A stretch of DNA of 63,992 nucleotides, filler included, from Octopus bimaculoides (Eukaryota), in assembly GCF_001194135.2 (NCBI RefSeq). It is 6 parts of 6 records of this genome, joined end to end, with 100 filler letters (N's around TTAATTAATTAA, not from the genome) between each part and the next. Parts side by side here need not be neighbours in the genome. Positions count along the whole stretch, not along the records: positions 22,796 to 30,520 come from NC_068991.1; positions 30,621 to 37,893 come from NC_069007.1; 4 more parts are not named here. One strand, given 5' to 3'. The first letter of the stretch is position 1. The number at the start of each line of letters is the position of its first letter. Below the pieces are notes generated by a model. It searched no databases, was not told the origin of the DNA, and saw only the letters and a program-made list of their open reading frames with translations. The position numbers and the translations under genes are program-made. Positions 25,250-35,575 of the stretch are shown piece after piece.

Positions 25250-26130
25250 ATAATATCTGCTCAATACCACAGATTTGCTTGTCAGTTGTTTGACCTTAAC
25301 CAGTTGAGCATGTCCCTTGGTGGCTGATGATATGTGCATCTCTGATCACAAGCAGTGGGGGAGCATCATAGCCATGTGTTGAGAGGAATTCTTTGGGGTT
25401 TGAATAATTCACCTCTTGAAACATGGGTGTTTCATTCAATGTCTTTAAACAACCCTTATTCAAGGACCTTTTGAGCAGGATGAGCTTCTCAACCTGAAGA
25501 AAATTCTAACTGGACCCCACCTGCAAGGTATGCGCTGTTTATCTTGATATGAGCTTACCATGTCGTGCACACACGGTTGTGATGCATGTGCCTGGTGTAC
25601 CTTTATCAGAGAGGTACTCATGATGGGTATACTGGGCTTCATATATTTGTACCCCAGTGTCACTTTGATGGCATGCACTGCTCTCTCACTCAATAATAAT
25701 AATAATAATAATGAAAATAATAATATTCTGCTCAATACCCCAGATTTGCATGTCAGTTGCTTGACCATAACTAGTTGAGCATGTCCCTTGAAAGCTGACA
25801 ATATATGCCTCTCTGATCATGAGCAGGAGTAGTGGAGGAGCATCATAGCCAGGTGTTGAGAGGAATTCTTTGGGGTTTTGTATGATTCACTCTTGGAAAC
25901 ATGGGTGTTTTGTTCATCATCCTTAAACAAACCTTATTCAGAGACATTTTGAGCAGAATGGGCTACTCAACCTGAAGAAAATTCTAACTGGATCCCACTT
26001 GCAAGATCATATGCTATTTGTCTTGATATGAGATCACCATGTCATGCATATATGGTAGTGTTGCCTGTTCCTGGTATACCCTTAACAGATAGGTAGTCAT
26101 GATGGGTATATTGAGCTTCGTTTATATGTA
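25250..26130 (+). repeat. Family F, two tandem copies (25250-25690 and 25722-26115) separated by (AAT)n
   Basis: Both begin ATAT(T)CTGCTCAATACC and end GTCACTTTGATGGCATGCA..CTCT.TCAC plus (AAT)n, homologous to 5165-5620. Confidence 0.85.
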
Positions 26131-27472
26131 CCCCAGTGTCACTTTGATGGCATGCATTGCTCTTTCACATAACAATAATGATAATAATCATCATCACCAT
26201 CATCAATAACTCCATTACAATTATCAACCAGAAAAAAGCTATTTTTCAAATATCAAATGGAATGTTTCAGAGAATGTTCCAATTCTCAGCACTCTGAATT
26301 CAATCCCTTTAAGGACAATCAACTTCATTTTTCATCCTTTAGGGGTCAATAAAAAAGTACCAAACCAAAGCAGTGGATTGGCAGAATAGTAAGAACATTA
26401 GACCAGATGCCTCGCTGCATTTGTTCCACCATTTTGTGTTCTGCATTCAAACTCAGCCAGGGGTTACTCAGATGTTGACTTAACCTGTCACCTGTCGACT
26501 AGTTTAACACCACCGCTAGGTACTTAGGATATCTGTAGTGGAGTCCATTCTGTTGCATGTATACAAGTTAGGTTTCCAGATTGAGGATATCTTCTTTCCT
26601 CCCTCTTAGAAGCCTTGTTATGGATCATAAGTATTGCCTTCCCTTTTGACTAAAAGATACGAAACAAAATCCATAACTCAAAACTACATAAAGCAAAGAA
26701 CTTACGGATTATCAATGTCTCTACTGAACATATTGACATAGTAGTAAAGCACATCTTTGAAATATTCTTTATGGAAAGTCAATGTCAAATGTTCACGCCA
26801 TTGTATATGTAACATGGAGACAGTGTAACGAAGTGTGCTACTTATCTGAAATGAAAAACGAAGGATGAAAAGGGAAAATGGTCATTGCTTGGGTGAATTT
26901 AGAGAGACATAAGTTACAACACAGCTCAAATGCAACATTCTAAAAGCAAGAATAATTCACCAGTAACATTCATCCCATTTATTTTAACCCCTATGTCACT
27001 ATATTTCTATTGAAATATACCCACTTTGTTCCAATTAATTTTGAAAATAATAAAGAATTTAGTAAAATAACTGTTATTATTAAGCTGGTGTTTGGAACAT
27101 AAAATAACAAGAAATTTTGATGGAAGGTTTTAATTTAGATCGCCTTAAGACAAGAAGCTTGTTTCAGGTGTGCTTATATCAAAAGGGTTAAAGTAAAAGA
27201 TAGAAAAATATTAAATAGGACACTTAGCCAGGTTCCCTTCTCCTGCATTCCAACAGTCTTACTTATTCATTCTACCTTGGAATATAATGAGATATTTTTG
27301 CTGATACTTCACCAACTTCACCAATTCTGCCATCTGAACCATACACACACATACACACACACTCATTAGTTTTACTGTCAGATGCCATTCCTGTCACCAG
27401 CCCCCCGCCACCTGTTTCCGAGCAAGATAATATTTCCCCATAACCAGACATGTTTATGCAGAATATTGGAAA

Positions 27473-27473
<1 letters not shown>

Positions 27474-27541
<68 letters not shown>

Positions 27542-27552
27542 CACACACACAC
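27474..27552. repeat. (CA)n microsatellite (one of many CA/TA/GA arrays in the window)
   Basis: Directly visible. Similar arrays flank most N gaps. Confidence 0.95.
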
Positions 27553-27902
27553 AACAGGTTCTTTTCAGTTTCTGTCTACCAAAACCACTATACATGTTGT
27601 ATTTTCTCTATTTCTCACCAATAACTTTGGTCAGCCTGGGGCTATAGTAGAAGACATTGGCCCAAGGTGCTGCTCAGTGGGACTGAACCCAAAACCATGT
27701 GGTTAAGAAACAAAATTCTCAACTACACAGCCATATTTGTACTTAAAAACTCAAAGGCTGCTTGTAGGACATGAACCTACATCTTCTGTAAACATAGCAA
27801 ACATTCTACCCATATACCAAAATAACCTAATATACACAAACATAGTTTAGAATTAATCATGTTGTTATGGTATTGGATAAGCTACCTTTCAGATTCGGCA
27901 CA

Positions 27903-28020
27903 GGTGCCATTTACATGACAATGGTAACAGCCACAGCTACAATTTCAAGGGTGCCATTTACATGACAATGGTAACAGCCACAGCTACAATTTCAAGGGTG
28001 CCATCTACATGACACTGGCA
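27903..28020. repeat. 47-bp tandem duplication (x2.5) within a family C element
   Basis: GGTGCCATTTACATGACAATGGTAACAGCCACAGCTACAATTTCAAG exact twice, then a partial copy. Confidence 0.9.
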
Positions 28021-28894
28021 ACAACCATGACTCAAGCCAAATGAAATCGTAGTTGTGGCTGTAGCCAGTGTCATGTAAATGGCACATAAAAAACACTCAT
28101 TACACTCTTGGAATGGTTGGTGTTAGGAAGGACATCCAGCCATAGAAACCATACCAAATCAGGTTGGAACCCAGTGCATCCCTCCGGCTAACCAATTCCA
28201 ATCAAACTGTCTAACCCATGCCAGCATGGGAAGTGGACATTAAATAATGATGATGATGTACTCTGAGTTCAAATCCCACTTAAGTCAACTTAACCTCTCA
28301 TCTTTTTTGGAGTGTCAATAAATAATAGCACCAGTCTGAAGCATTAAATTAGCAGAATTTTAGAGCATCAGGTAAGATGCTTTGTATCATCTGCTTCAGC
28401 TCTGTGCATTCCGAATTAAAATTCTGCTTCCTATCAGAAAAAAAAAAAAAAAGCGACAGGTCTTTCAGGACCAGGCAAAAGCTGTAATAGACTTGGGAAG
28501 TGCTTACATAAGCACCCAAATATTTCAGTTAATCACCCTCCATGCATACCAACTGGTATGACATAAGTCAGAAAAATTCAAGTTCTGTACATTCAAACAA
28601 CAACAACAATAGATATAAAAAATCAAGAATACATACAAAAGCTTCCGTGACAATAATAAGGAGAGCTCGGATTGTAATGCTTTTAAAACTCACAGCATCT
28701 TTGTTTCCCAAGATCTTATAATACTGACTTGGTATTAACCCGAGTTTATAAATGATAAATTGTTCTGAAAGGAAGGAAGAAAGAAAGATGTTAATAAGGA
28801 AGAAGAAAATGAAAAACGTATTAGCATAATGACATGTACATGAGCACACCTCCAAACATATACATAAACACACACACACACACAGAGTTATATA

Positions 28895-29462
28895 TACAAG
28901 AGGCATTCCAAAAGTTTCGAGACTGTTTCTAAGAGATGCAGTTATAGTCATCTTAGATTATTGTAATTTTAGTATATCATTACTATACATCTAATAAGCT
29001 GACCTGCTAACTTTTTTTTATTCCGGCTTGAAGGAGATGGCTGTAACAGCACTTTGAACACAGCCTACTAAATATTGCTTATCATAGCCTACTAAACACT
29101 GCTTATCACAATTCCATTCTGGTAACCATCTACTTCACAGAGATGGGCATCAAAACCATCCCTCACCCTCCCTACAGTCCAGACTTCACTCCATGTGACT
29201 TTTGGTTGTTTCCCAAGCCAAAAAAGAACTTCAGAGGCTGTCATTTTGAAGACATTGAGAAGATGGATGCTGTGACAAGTTGTCTTGGACACTATCGTTT
29301 AAGTGGACTTCCACGACACTTTTGCTAAGTGGGTGGATCAACACAACAAGTGCATTGAAGTCAGAGGATCCTATTTTGAAGGAGATTCAGGTTTTGTACT
29401 TGTTTGAAACTAAAAATATTTCTCCTGGAAAAAGTCTCAAAATTTATGGAATGCATCTTGTA
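28895..29462 (+). mobile_element. Internally deleted mariner element
   Basis: About 30-bp TIRs (TACAAGAGGCATTCCAAAAGTTTCGAGACT vs reverse complement TACAAGATGCATTCCATAAATTTTGAGACT), TA at both ends, internal IPHPPYSPDFTPCDFWLFPK (YSPDL-type motif). Confidence 0.9.
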
Positions 29463-30520
29463 CATATCCACAGATACTGAAGCAGTAAAAAAAATATATC
29501 CAAGAGGAAGATGACATCAATGGTCCATTGATGAGGTGCTTACAAAAACAGTACCCAAGATATGAATGTAGCATGACCAAATGGTTAAGAAATTTGCTTT
29601 GTCATGAGGTCCTGGGTTCAATCCCACTGTATGATATCTTGAACAAGGTTGACTCAAGCTTTATGAATAAAAGCAGATAGATGGAAACTGTGTGAAAGCC
29701 TGCTAAATGGATTTACCTTTAATTTAAAGCTCCAGCCTTGTCATGAAGATTCCAAGGCTATGCGTCTGTGGAATACTCAACCACTTGGATTCTAATTCAA
29801 TGAACAGGTAAATTCATTTGATCAAACAACTGAATAATCATTACTGAAACTGAGAGAACCTTTTACTTCACCTAAAACATACTTTCATTTTGAGAGACTA
29901 GATATGGATCAAAGTACAAATAGATATGGATCAAAGTATAGCTCAAGTTGAAGTCTTGGGAAAATAACATAGCAGCATAATTCACATGATATAGAGGATT
30001 ACCATATTTGTGAGAATAAAAATCTGTAAGAAGATAAATGGCTCCAGAATGAAAGACAAAAAAAATCAAAAGCAAAAAAACTTCTATTTTCTTTTAGCCC
30101 TTTTGATATCAATTTGGCTGAGGCACCCCTGATTTTAAGAATATAAACTTCTTGTTTTCAAGTGATCTACATTAAAACCTACCATCAAATTTTTGTTCAT
30201 TTATATTCCAAATGAAAGCAGTAAACAGGCAATATCATAAACATCTGTATATCTGTTATATGGACTGTTAGATATGTAATTCGTCTGACGTTCCGTGTGT
30301 CATGTGGTTCGTCTGAGTTCATTGTTTCATTGTTGTTGTCTTGTGTGACTGTCGGAGTAAAATGTCATTGATATATATATGGCGGACATGACTTTTGTTT
30401 ATTCATAACGAACATTGGGTGAGTGCGTTCTTTGTATGTAATTGAACAATAAATGTAATAATTAAATTGTATAACTCGTTGTGTTATCTCTACGAGTCAC
30501 CCGAGGGAAACATAACAATA

Positions 30521-30620
30521 NNNNNNNNNNNNNNNNNNNNNNNNNNNNNNNNNNNNNNNNNNNNTTAATTAATTAANNNNNNNNNNNNNNNNNNNNNNNN
30601 NNNNNNNNNNNNNNNNNNNN
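30521..30620. other. Artificial assembly linker
   Basis: 44 N + TTAATTAATTAA (30565-30576) + 44 N. Confidence 0.95.
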
Positions 30621-30711
30621 ATATATATATATATATATATATATACAAAGACGGGTGTGTAAACAACAAACAGATGTATTAGTTTAATGCTCGGGAAGTG
30701 AGAAAGTCTTT

Positions 30712-30742
30712 AACGTTTCGAGCCTTCGCTCTTCGACAGAAA
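30712..30742 (-). ncRNA. Minimal hammerhead-like motif (Penelope pLTR type)
   Basis: Minus strand CTGTCGA-A-GAGC-GAAG-GCTC-GAAACGTTA with palindromic AACGTT; core A6 replaced by U. A related decayed copy lies at 11354-11392 (+). Confidence 0.35.
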
Positions 30743-30759
30743 AGAACACAGAAATAAAC

Positions 30760-30920
30760 AGCTGTTGTTGTTTTTGTTGTTGTTCTTGTTGTTTGTTGCT
30801 GCTGTCGTTGTTGTTGTTGCTGCTGCTGCTGTTACTGCTTGTTGTTGCCATTGTTGTTGTTGCTTCTGGTGCTGTTGTTGCTTGTTGCTGCTGCTGCTTC
30901 TGCTGTTGTTGTTGTTACTA
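30760..30920. repeat. Compound (GTT/GCT)n microsatellite upstream of the cyclase exon
   Basis: Directly visible; accounts for the poly-L/C/Q ORFs. Confidence 0.92.
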
Positions 30921-30993
30921 CTCCACCCCCGTAGTCCCTCTCCCACAAAACTCCAACCTCACCCCCGATCACCTCCACACTTCTCTCTTCCAG

Positions 30994-31195
30994 ATTCTTG
31001 AAGAACAACAGTTCTCTTGCATCCAGAAGATCAAGACCATTGGTTACACCTACATGGCAGCGTCCGGCTTAGACACAGAAGAGAACTTTCCAGATTCCAA
31101 ACACATTGTGGCATTGGTAGAATATGCCTTTTATATCCAGCGACAGCTGAAAACCATCAACCAGCATTCCTTCAACAACTTCAAAATGAGAATTG
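30994..31195 (+). CDS. Adcy: Transmembrane adenylyl cyclase, C2 catalytic domain, third-to-last exon (ILEEQQFSCIQKIKTIGYTYMAASGL...INQHSFNNFKMRI-G)
   Basis: Pyrimidine tract plus CAG acceptor at 30991-30993, donor ATTG|GTGAAG (phase 1). Contains the class III cyclase motifs KIKTIGxTYMAASGL and INxHSFNNFxMRIG, most like ADCY5/6-type sequences from memory. Subtype not resolved. Confidence 0.96.
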
Positions 31196-31934
31196 GTGAA
31201 GAATTTTCTTTGGGTTTTGTTTGTGTTGTTTCTGTTGTTTTTCAATGAATTTATTCCATCTTCAACTGATTTTTCTGGGTTTTCTTTTTAACCTTGACTA
31301 TTTTTTTATTTTATTTTAATTTTGTGTAATTCAGTCTCATCATCATCATTGTCTCCTCTTCCTTCTCTTTCTTCCTCTCTCCTTCTTTCTCTCTCTCTCT
31401 CTCTCTTGACAGGTAACCCTATACCTCCACTATAGCAAGACACCTGCTTCTGTCCCTCTGTCTCTTTGTCACACTCTAACCTTTCATCATCTGACACAAG
31501 ATCCTCTCCTTCAGTGTCCCCTCCCCTCTCAAAGATTCTTTGTCTTGAAAGTTACTTGGTGACCCTGCCAGTGCTGGTACCACATAGAAAGCACCCAGTC
31601 CAAACTGTAAAGTGGTTGGCATTTGGAAGGGCATCCAGCTGTAAAAACCTTGCCAAAACTGACCTTGCTTGTGCTTGTGCCACATAAAAAGCACTCAGTC
31701 CATTCTGCCGGGTGGTTGGTGTTAAGAAGGGCATCCAGCCATAAAAACCATGCCAGAACAGACACAGAAGTCTGGAGTAGTCTTCTACCTGGCCAGCTCC
31801 TGTCAAACCAGCCAACCCATGCCCGCATGGAAAGAGGATGTTAAACAATGATGCTGATGATGACAATGATGATGTATGTATGTCCTGAGTATATATACAT
31901 ATATTTTTTGTTTTTAATTTTTTGTAAAAAAACT

Positions 31935-32090
31935 TGCAGATGCAAGTGCTACCAGTTCAAACCTCTGCATACTGAATTCTAGCAAGCTTATGGGGCCATC
32001 AGGAGAGAATGCACACCTCTTGACCGCATTATTGTACTCTGACCTCCCTCACTGGGATGAGGCCATGCTTGCTAGATCAACTGATTACAG
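31935..32090 (+). repeat. Unclassified repeat family E (second copy 37555-37720)
   Basis: Shared AAGTGCTACCAGT...GGGGCCATCAGGAGAGAATGC...GCTTGCTAGATCAACTG in cyclase intron and downstream. Confidence 0.6.
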
Positions 32091-32170
32091 GGTTTGATCC
32101 AATGTTCCAGTTTTATGTATATATATGTATACCTGTTAGTATGTATATGAGATGTACCCTCTAATTTCAG

Positions 32171-32295
32171 GAATGAATATGGGTCCAGTGGTCGCCGGTG
32201 TGATAGGGGCCAGAAAACCTCATTATGACATCTGGGGTAACACAGTCAATGTTGCCAGCCGAATGGACAGCACTGGTATGCCCGACTCTATACAG
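32171..32295 (+). CDS. Adcy: Adenylyl cyclase penultimate exon ([42 protein letters not shown])
   Basis: Acceptor ctaatttcag, donor CAG|GTAGGC. Phase 1 start matches the previous exon (G+GA = Gly). Carries the signature [23 protein letters not shown] with the ATP-specifying Asp and catalytic Asn/Arg. Confidence 0.97.
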
Positions 32296-32320
32296 GTAGG
32301 CAAACTGTCTCATCACAATG

Positions 32321-32900
32321 TATCAGGACATTAAAAATGCAATATCCGATTTTCTTTTGGACCAAGTTTGACAGTCGTTAAGTCTAATGTTTTATCCTGA
32401 CAATTCTTTGTTTTACAACATTGAAGAGTGACATCATCTCTTTTTGAAATGCCATTCATGGTGTCTGAATTATAATGTGAGTTTCCTTTTGTAAATCAAT
32501 TTTTGTGAACCCATGGAGAGATAAAAAATTCATGTTGTTTATGAATATGAGTTCCATCATGGAACCAATGCATCTCAGACAGCTAGAAACATCAATGAGG
32601 TATTTGGTGAAGATGTGGTGAATGAGAACACTGTATGTTGATGGTTTGAGAAGTTCCGGTCTGGTGACTTTACTCTTGAAGGTCAGCCCCTTGGTAGACC
32701 TGAGACCAAGGTGGATAAAGATGAGCTGGAAACTGTAGTGAAAGCAGATACATCTCAAACTGCACATAAGTTAGCAGCAAGGTTTGATGTTTCAATTCCA
32801 ACTGTATTGGACGAACTGAAATAAATCAGCAAGGTAAAAAAGCTGCTGGACAAGTGGGTGCCACACAAACTGAACGAGCATCAAATGACTCATCATTTTA
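32321..32900 (+). mobile_element. Mariner transposase 5' fragment within the last cyclase intron
   Basis: From about 32520: IHVVYEYEFHHGTNASQTARNINEVFGEDVVNENTVC*WFEKFRSGDFTLEGQPLGRP...KWVPHKL (HTH region plus WVPHEL-type motif). Left boundary approximate; followed by a SINE fragment. Confidence 0.85.
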
Positions 32901-33097
32901 AAACTTGCTGCTCTAGAAGAAGACATTTGCCCAAGGTGCCACACACTAGGACTGAACTCAAACCCATATGTTTGTAAAGTAAACTTCTTAACCACACAGC
33001 CACCCCAGTTTGTCTTTTCTGTCTATCTACCTCCCTCTCAATCTGTCTGCTCGCTGCTACAATTCCTACCGAGGTTTCTCTGTTTTCTATTCTCCAG

Positions 33098-33226
33098 ATC
33101 ACCCAAGAACTCAACGACATCCTCGTGCCTCTTGGCTACAAAACCCAACAGCGCGGCTACATAAAAGTCAAAGGAAAAGGAGACATGTTGACTTATTTCC
33201 TGCTTTCACCATCCGATTCCAAGTGA
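33098..33226 (+). CDS. Adcy: Adenylyl cyclase terminal coding exon (ITQELNDILVPLGYKTQQRGYIKVKGKGDMLTYFLLSPSDSK*)
   Basis: Acceptor tgttttctattctccag, phase 0 matches the previous exon. RGxIKVKGKGxMxTYFL motif, TGA at 33224-33226. Not captured by the ORF track in this frame. Confidence 0.96.
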   Translation: MTQELNDILVPLGYKTQQRGYIKVKGKGDMLTYFLLSPSDSK

Positions 33227-33539
33227 GAGCCCAAAATCTCCTCCAAGACATTTGAAAGACTTCAAAGACACAGAGGGGAATATGGTGCAAACAGTGAAGA
33301 CCATGAACAAAGATTTGCAGTAAATGATGTGAACACATTGAACAATGTGAACCCAATGAGCTTTGTAACAGTGAACAATGTGTTTACTGTCTGATGTGTT
33401 TACTGTCTGATGAATGTGATAGAAATATGAGTTAGGACTTCTGAAACTAACAAATTTTACTTGGTGTTTATGCAGACACAACAATACAAACATACATACA
33501 TATTTATATATATATACACACACACATACTTAAATGCAT

Positions 33540-33563
33540 GCACTTATATATAATATGTAGATG

Positions 33564-33628
<65 letters not shown>

Positions 33629-33996
33629 NNNNNNNNNNNNNNNNNNNNNNNNNNNNNNNNNNNNNNNNNNNNNNNNNNNNNNNNNNNNNNNNNNNNNNNN
33701 NNNNNNNNNNNNNNNNNNNNNNNNNNNNNNNNNNNNNNNNNNNNNNNNNNNNNNNNNNNNNNNNNNNNNNNNNNNNNNNNNNNNNNNNNNNNNNNNNNNN
33801 NNNNNNNNNNNNNNNNNNNNNNNNNNNNNNNNNNNNNNNNNNNNNNNNNNNNNNNNNNNNNNNNNNNNNNNNNNNNNNNNNNNNNNNNNNNNNNNNNNNN
33901 NNNNNNNNNNNNNNNNNNTATACATATGTATATACATATATGTGTTTGGGTGTATATATATATATATATGTATATGTATATATATATATGTATATG

Positions 33997-34043
<47 letters not shown>

Positions 34044-34102
34044 GTATATATATATATATGTATATTTATATGTATATGTATATATATATATGTATATATA
34101 TT

Positions 34103-34140
<38 letters not shown>
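33540..34140. repeat. (TA)n/(TATG)n array with gap in the putative cyclase 3' UTR region
   Basis: Directly visible on both sides of the N run. Confidence 0.92.
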
Positions 34141-34141
<1 letters not shown>

Positions 34142-34801
34142 GAGATATGTATATACACACATGCATACACATATATGAAGGGGTTATACACACACAGAGT
34201 CATATATGGTGGGGGTGTATACACGCATACACACACATTCCTTCACATACCATTCCATTGAGCTTCTCCTGCTGGTTTCCTCCTTATAATTACTCCTCCG
34301 TTTCTCAATACAAATCATAAGGCCAAAGTTTGAAACCCTGTTAAACTTTGCAATTATCAAAAGGAGTTTTGTTTTTTCCTTCCAACATCCCTATAAATCT
34401 TCACAGTAGAGCATAGAACGAAGGTTGAAGTTTAGCTGAAGTTAGACATCCTATATAAATGTTTCTGTTATTTTTCATACATAAATGTCAGTTTTAATAT
34501 CATTATGTCTGTCTCATCATCGTTATCGTCATTATGGACATCATGATCATTATCACCACTGTCGTCATCATCATTCTTTCCTTTTTTTTTCTGTCGTCTT
34601 CTTTTTCCTGTTTTTTTTCTGTCTTTCTCTTTTCGCCTGTTATAAAATTGTCCCTTAAAAACTGATGATGTCATTCCATCAACGTGTGGACGCAAGTTGC
34701 TCTCGTTCATACTTTACGTTTGAATTTCTGTAATTTTGAATTTTTATCACTTCTTATTTTGAACTTGACAAAGACGGACGTAGTTGAAATATCGTTCAAC
34801 T

Positions 34802-34807
34802 AATAAA
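34802..34807 (+). terminator. Possible poly(A) signal of the adenylyl cyclase transcript
   Basis: First AATAAA I noticed downstream of the cyclase stop (about 1.6 kb), but a gap at 33629-33918 intervenes and the region is AT-rich. Confidence 0.2.
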
Positions 34808-34844
34808 ATATCTTACAATCAAATCACGCTCTTCGTCTTGACTA

Positions 34845-35456
34845 ATAATAATGATAATAATAATAATAATAATAATAATGATAATAATAATAATAATAAT
34901 AATAATCATAATAATAATATTGATTTCTTTTATAATAATAATAGTAATAACAATGATGATGATAATAATAATAATAATGATGATGATGATGATGATGATG
35001 ATNNNNNNNNNNNNNNNNNNNNNNNNNNNNNNNNNNNNNNNNNNNNNNNNNNNNNNNNNNNNNNNNNNNNNNNNNNNNNNNNNNNNNNNNNNNNNNNNNN
35101 NNNNNNNNNNNNNNNNNNNNNNNNNNNNNNNNNNNNNNNNNNNNNNNNNNNNNNNNNNNNNNNNNNNNNNNNNNNNNNNNNNNNNNNNNNNNNNNNNNNN
35201 NNNNNNNNNNNNNNNNNNNNNNNNNNNNNNNNNNNNNNNNNNNNNNNNNNNNNNNNNNNNNNNNNNNNTATAATAATAATAGTAATAACAATGATGATGA
35301 TAATAATAATAATAATAATGATGATGATGATGATGATGATGATAATTTTTTTAATAATGAAAATTATAATGAATTATAATGATGATGATGATGTTGATGA
35401 GGATAATAATAATGATTTCTTTTATAATGAAAATTATAATAGTAATAATAATAATA

Positions 35457-35491
<35 letters not shown>

Positions 35492-35575
35492 AATAATGAT
35501 TTTTTTTTATAAGGAAAATTATAATAATAATAATAATAATAATAATAACTACAACTATATTAATAATGATAATGT
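34845..35575. repeat. Compound (TAA)/(TGA)n array with higher-order units
   Basis: Trinucleotide runs punctuated by recurring GATTTCTTTTATAAT(GAAAATTATAAT) anchors; interrupted by a gap. Confidence 0.9.

Noticed and set aside
25320-25440. Hammerhead in family F (CTGATGA ... GAAAC..GTTTC)
   Set aside because: The core halves are about 90 nt apart, with no convincing stem II closure and no stem I pairing.
30710-30993. Poly-Q (minus) and poly-L/C (plus) ORFs; apparent hydrophobic N-terminus fused to the cyclase exon
   Set aside because: Derived from a (GTT/GCT)n microsatellite. A canonical acceptor at 30991-30993 marks the true exon start, so this is not a signal peptide.
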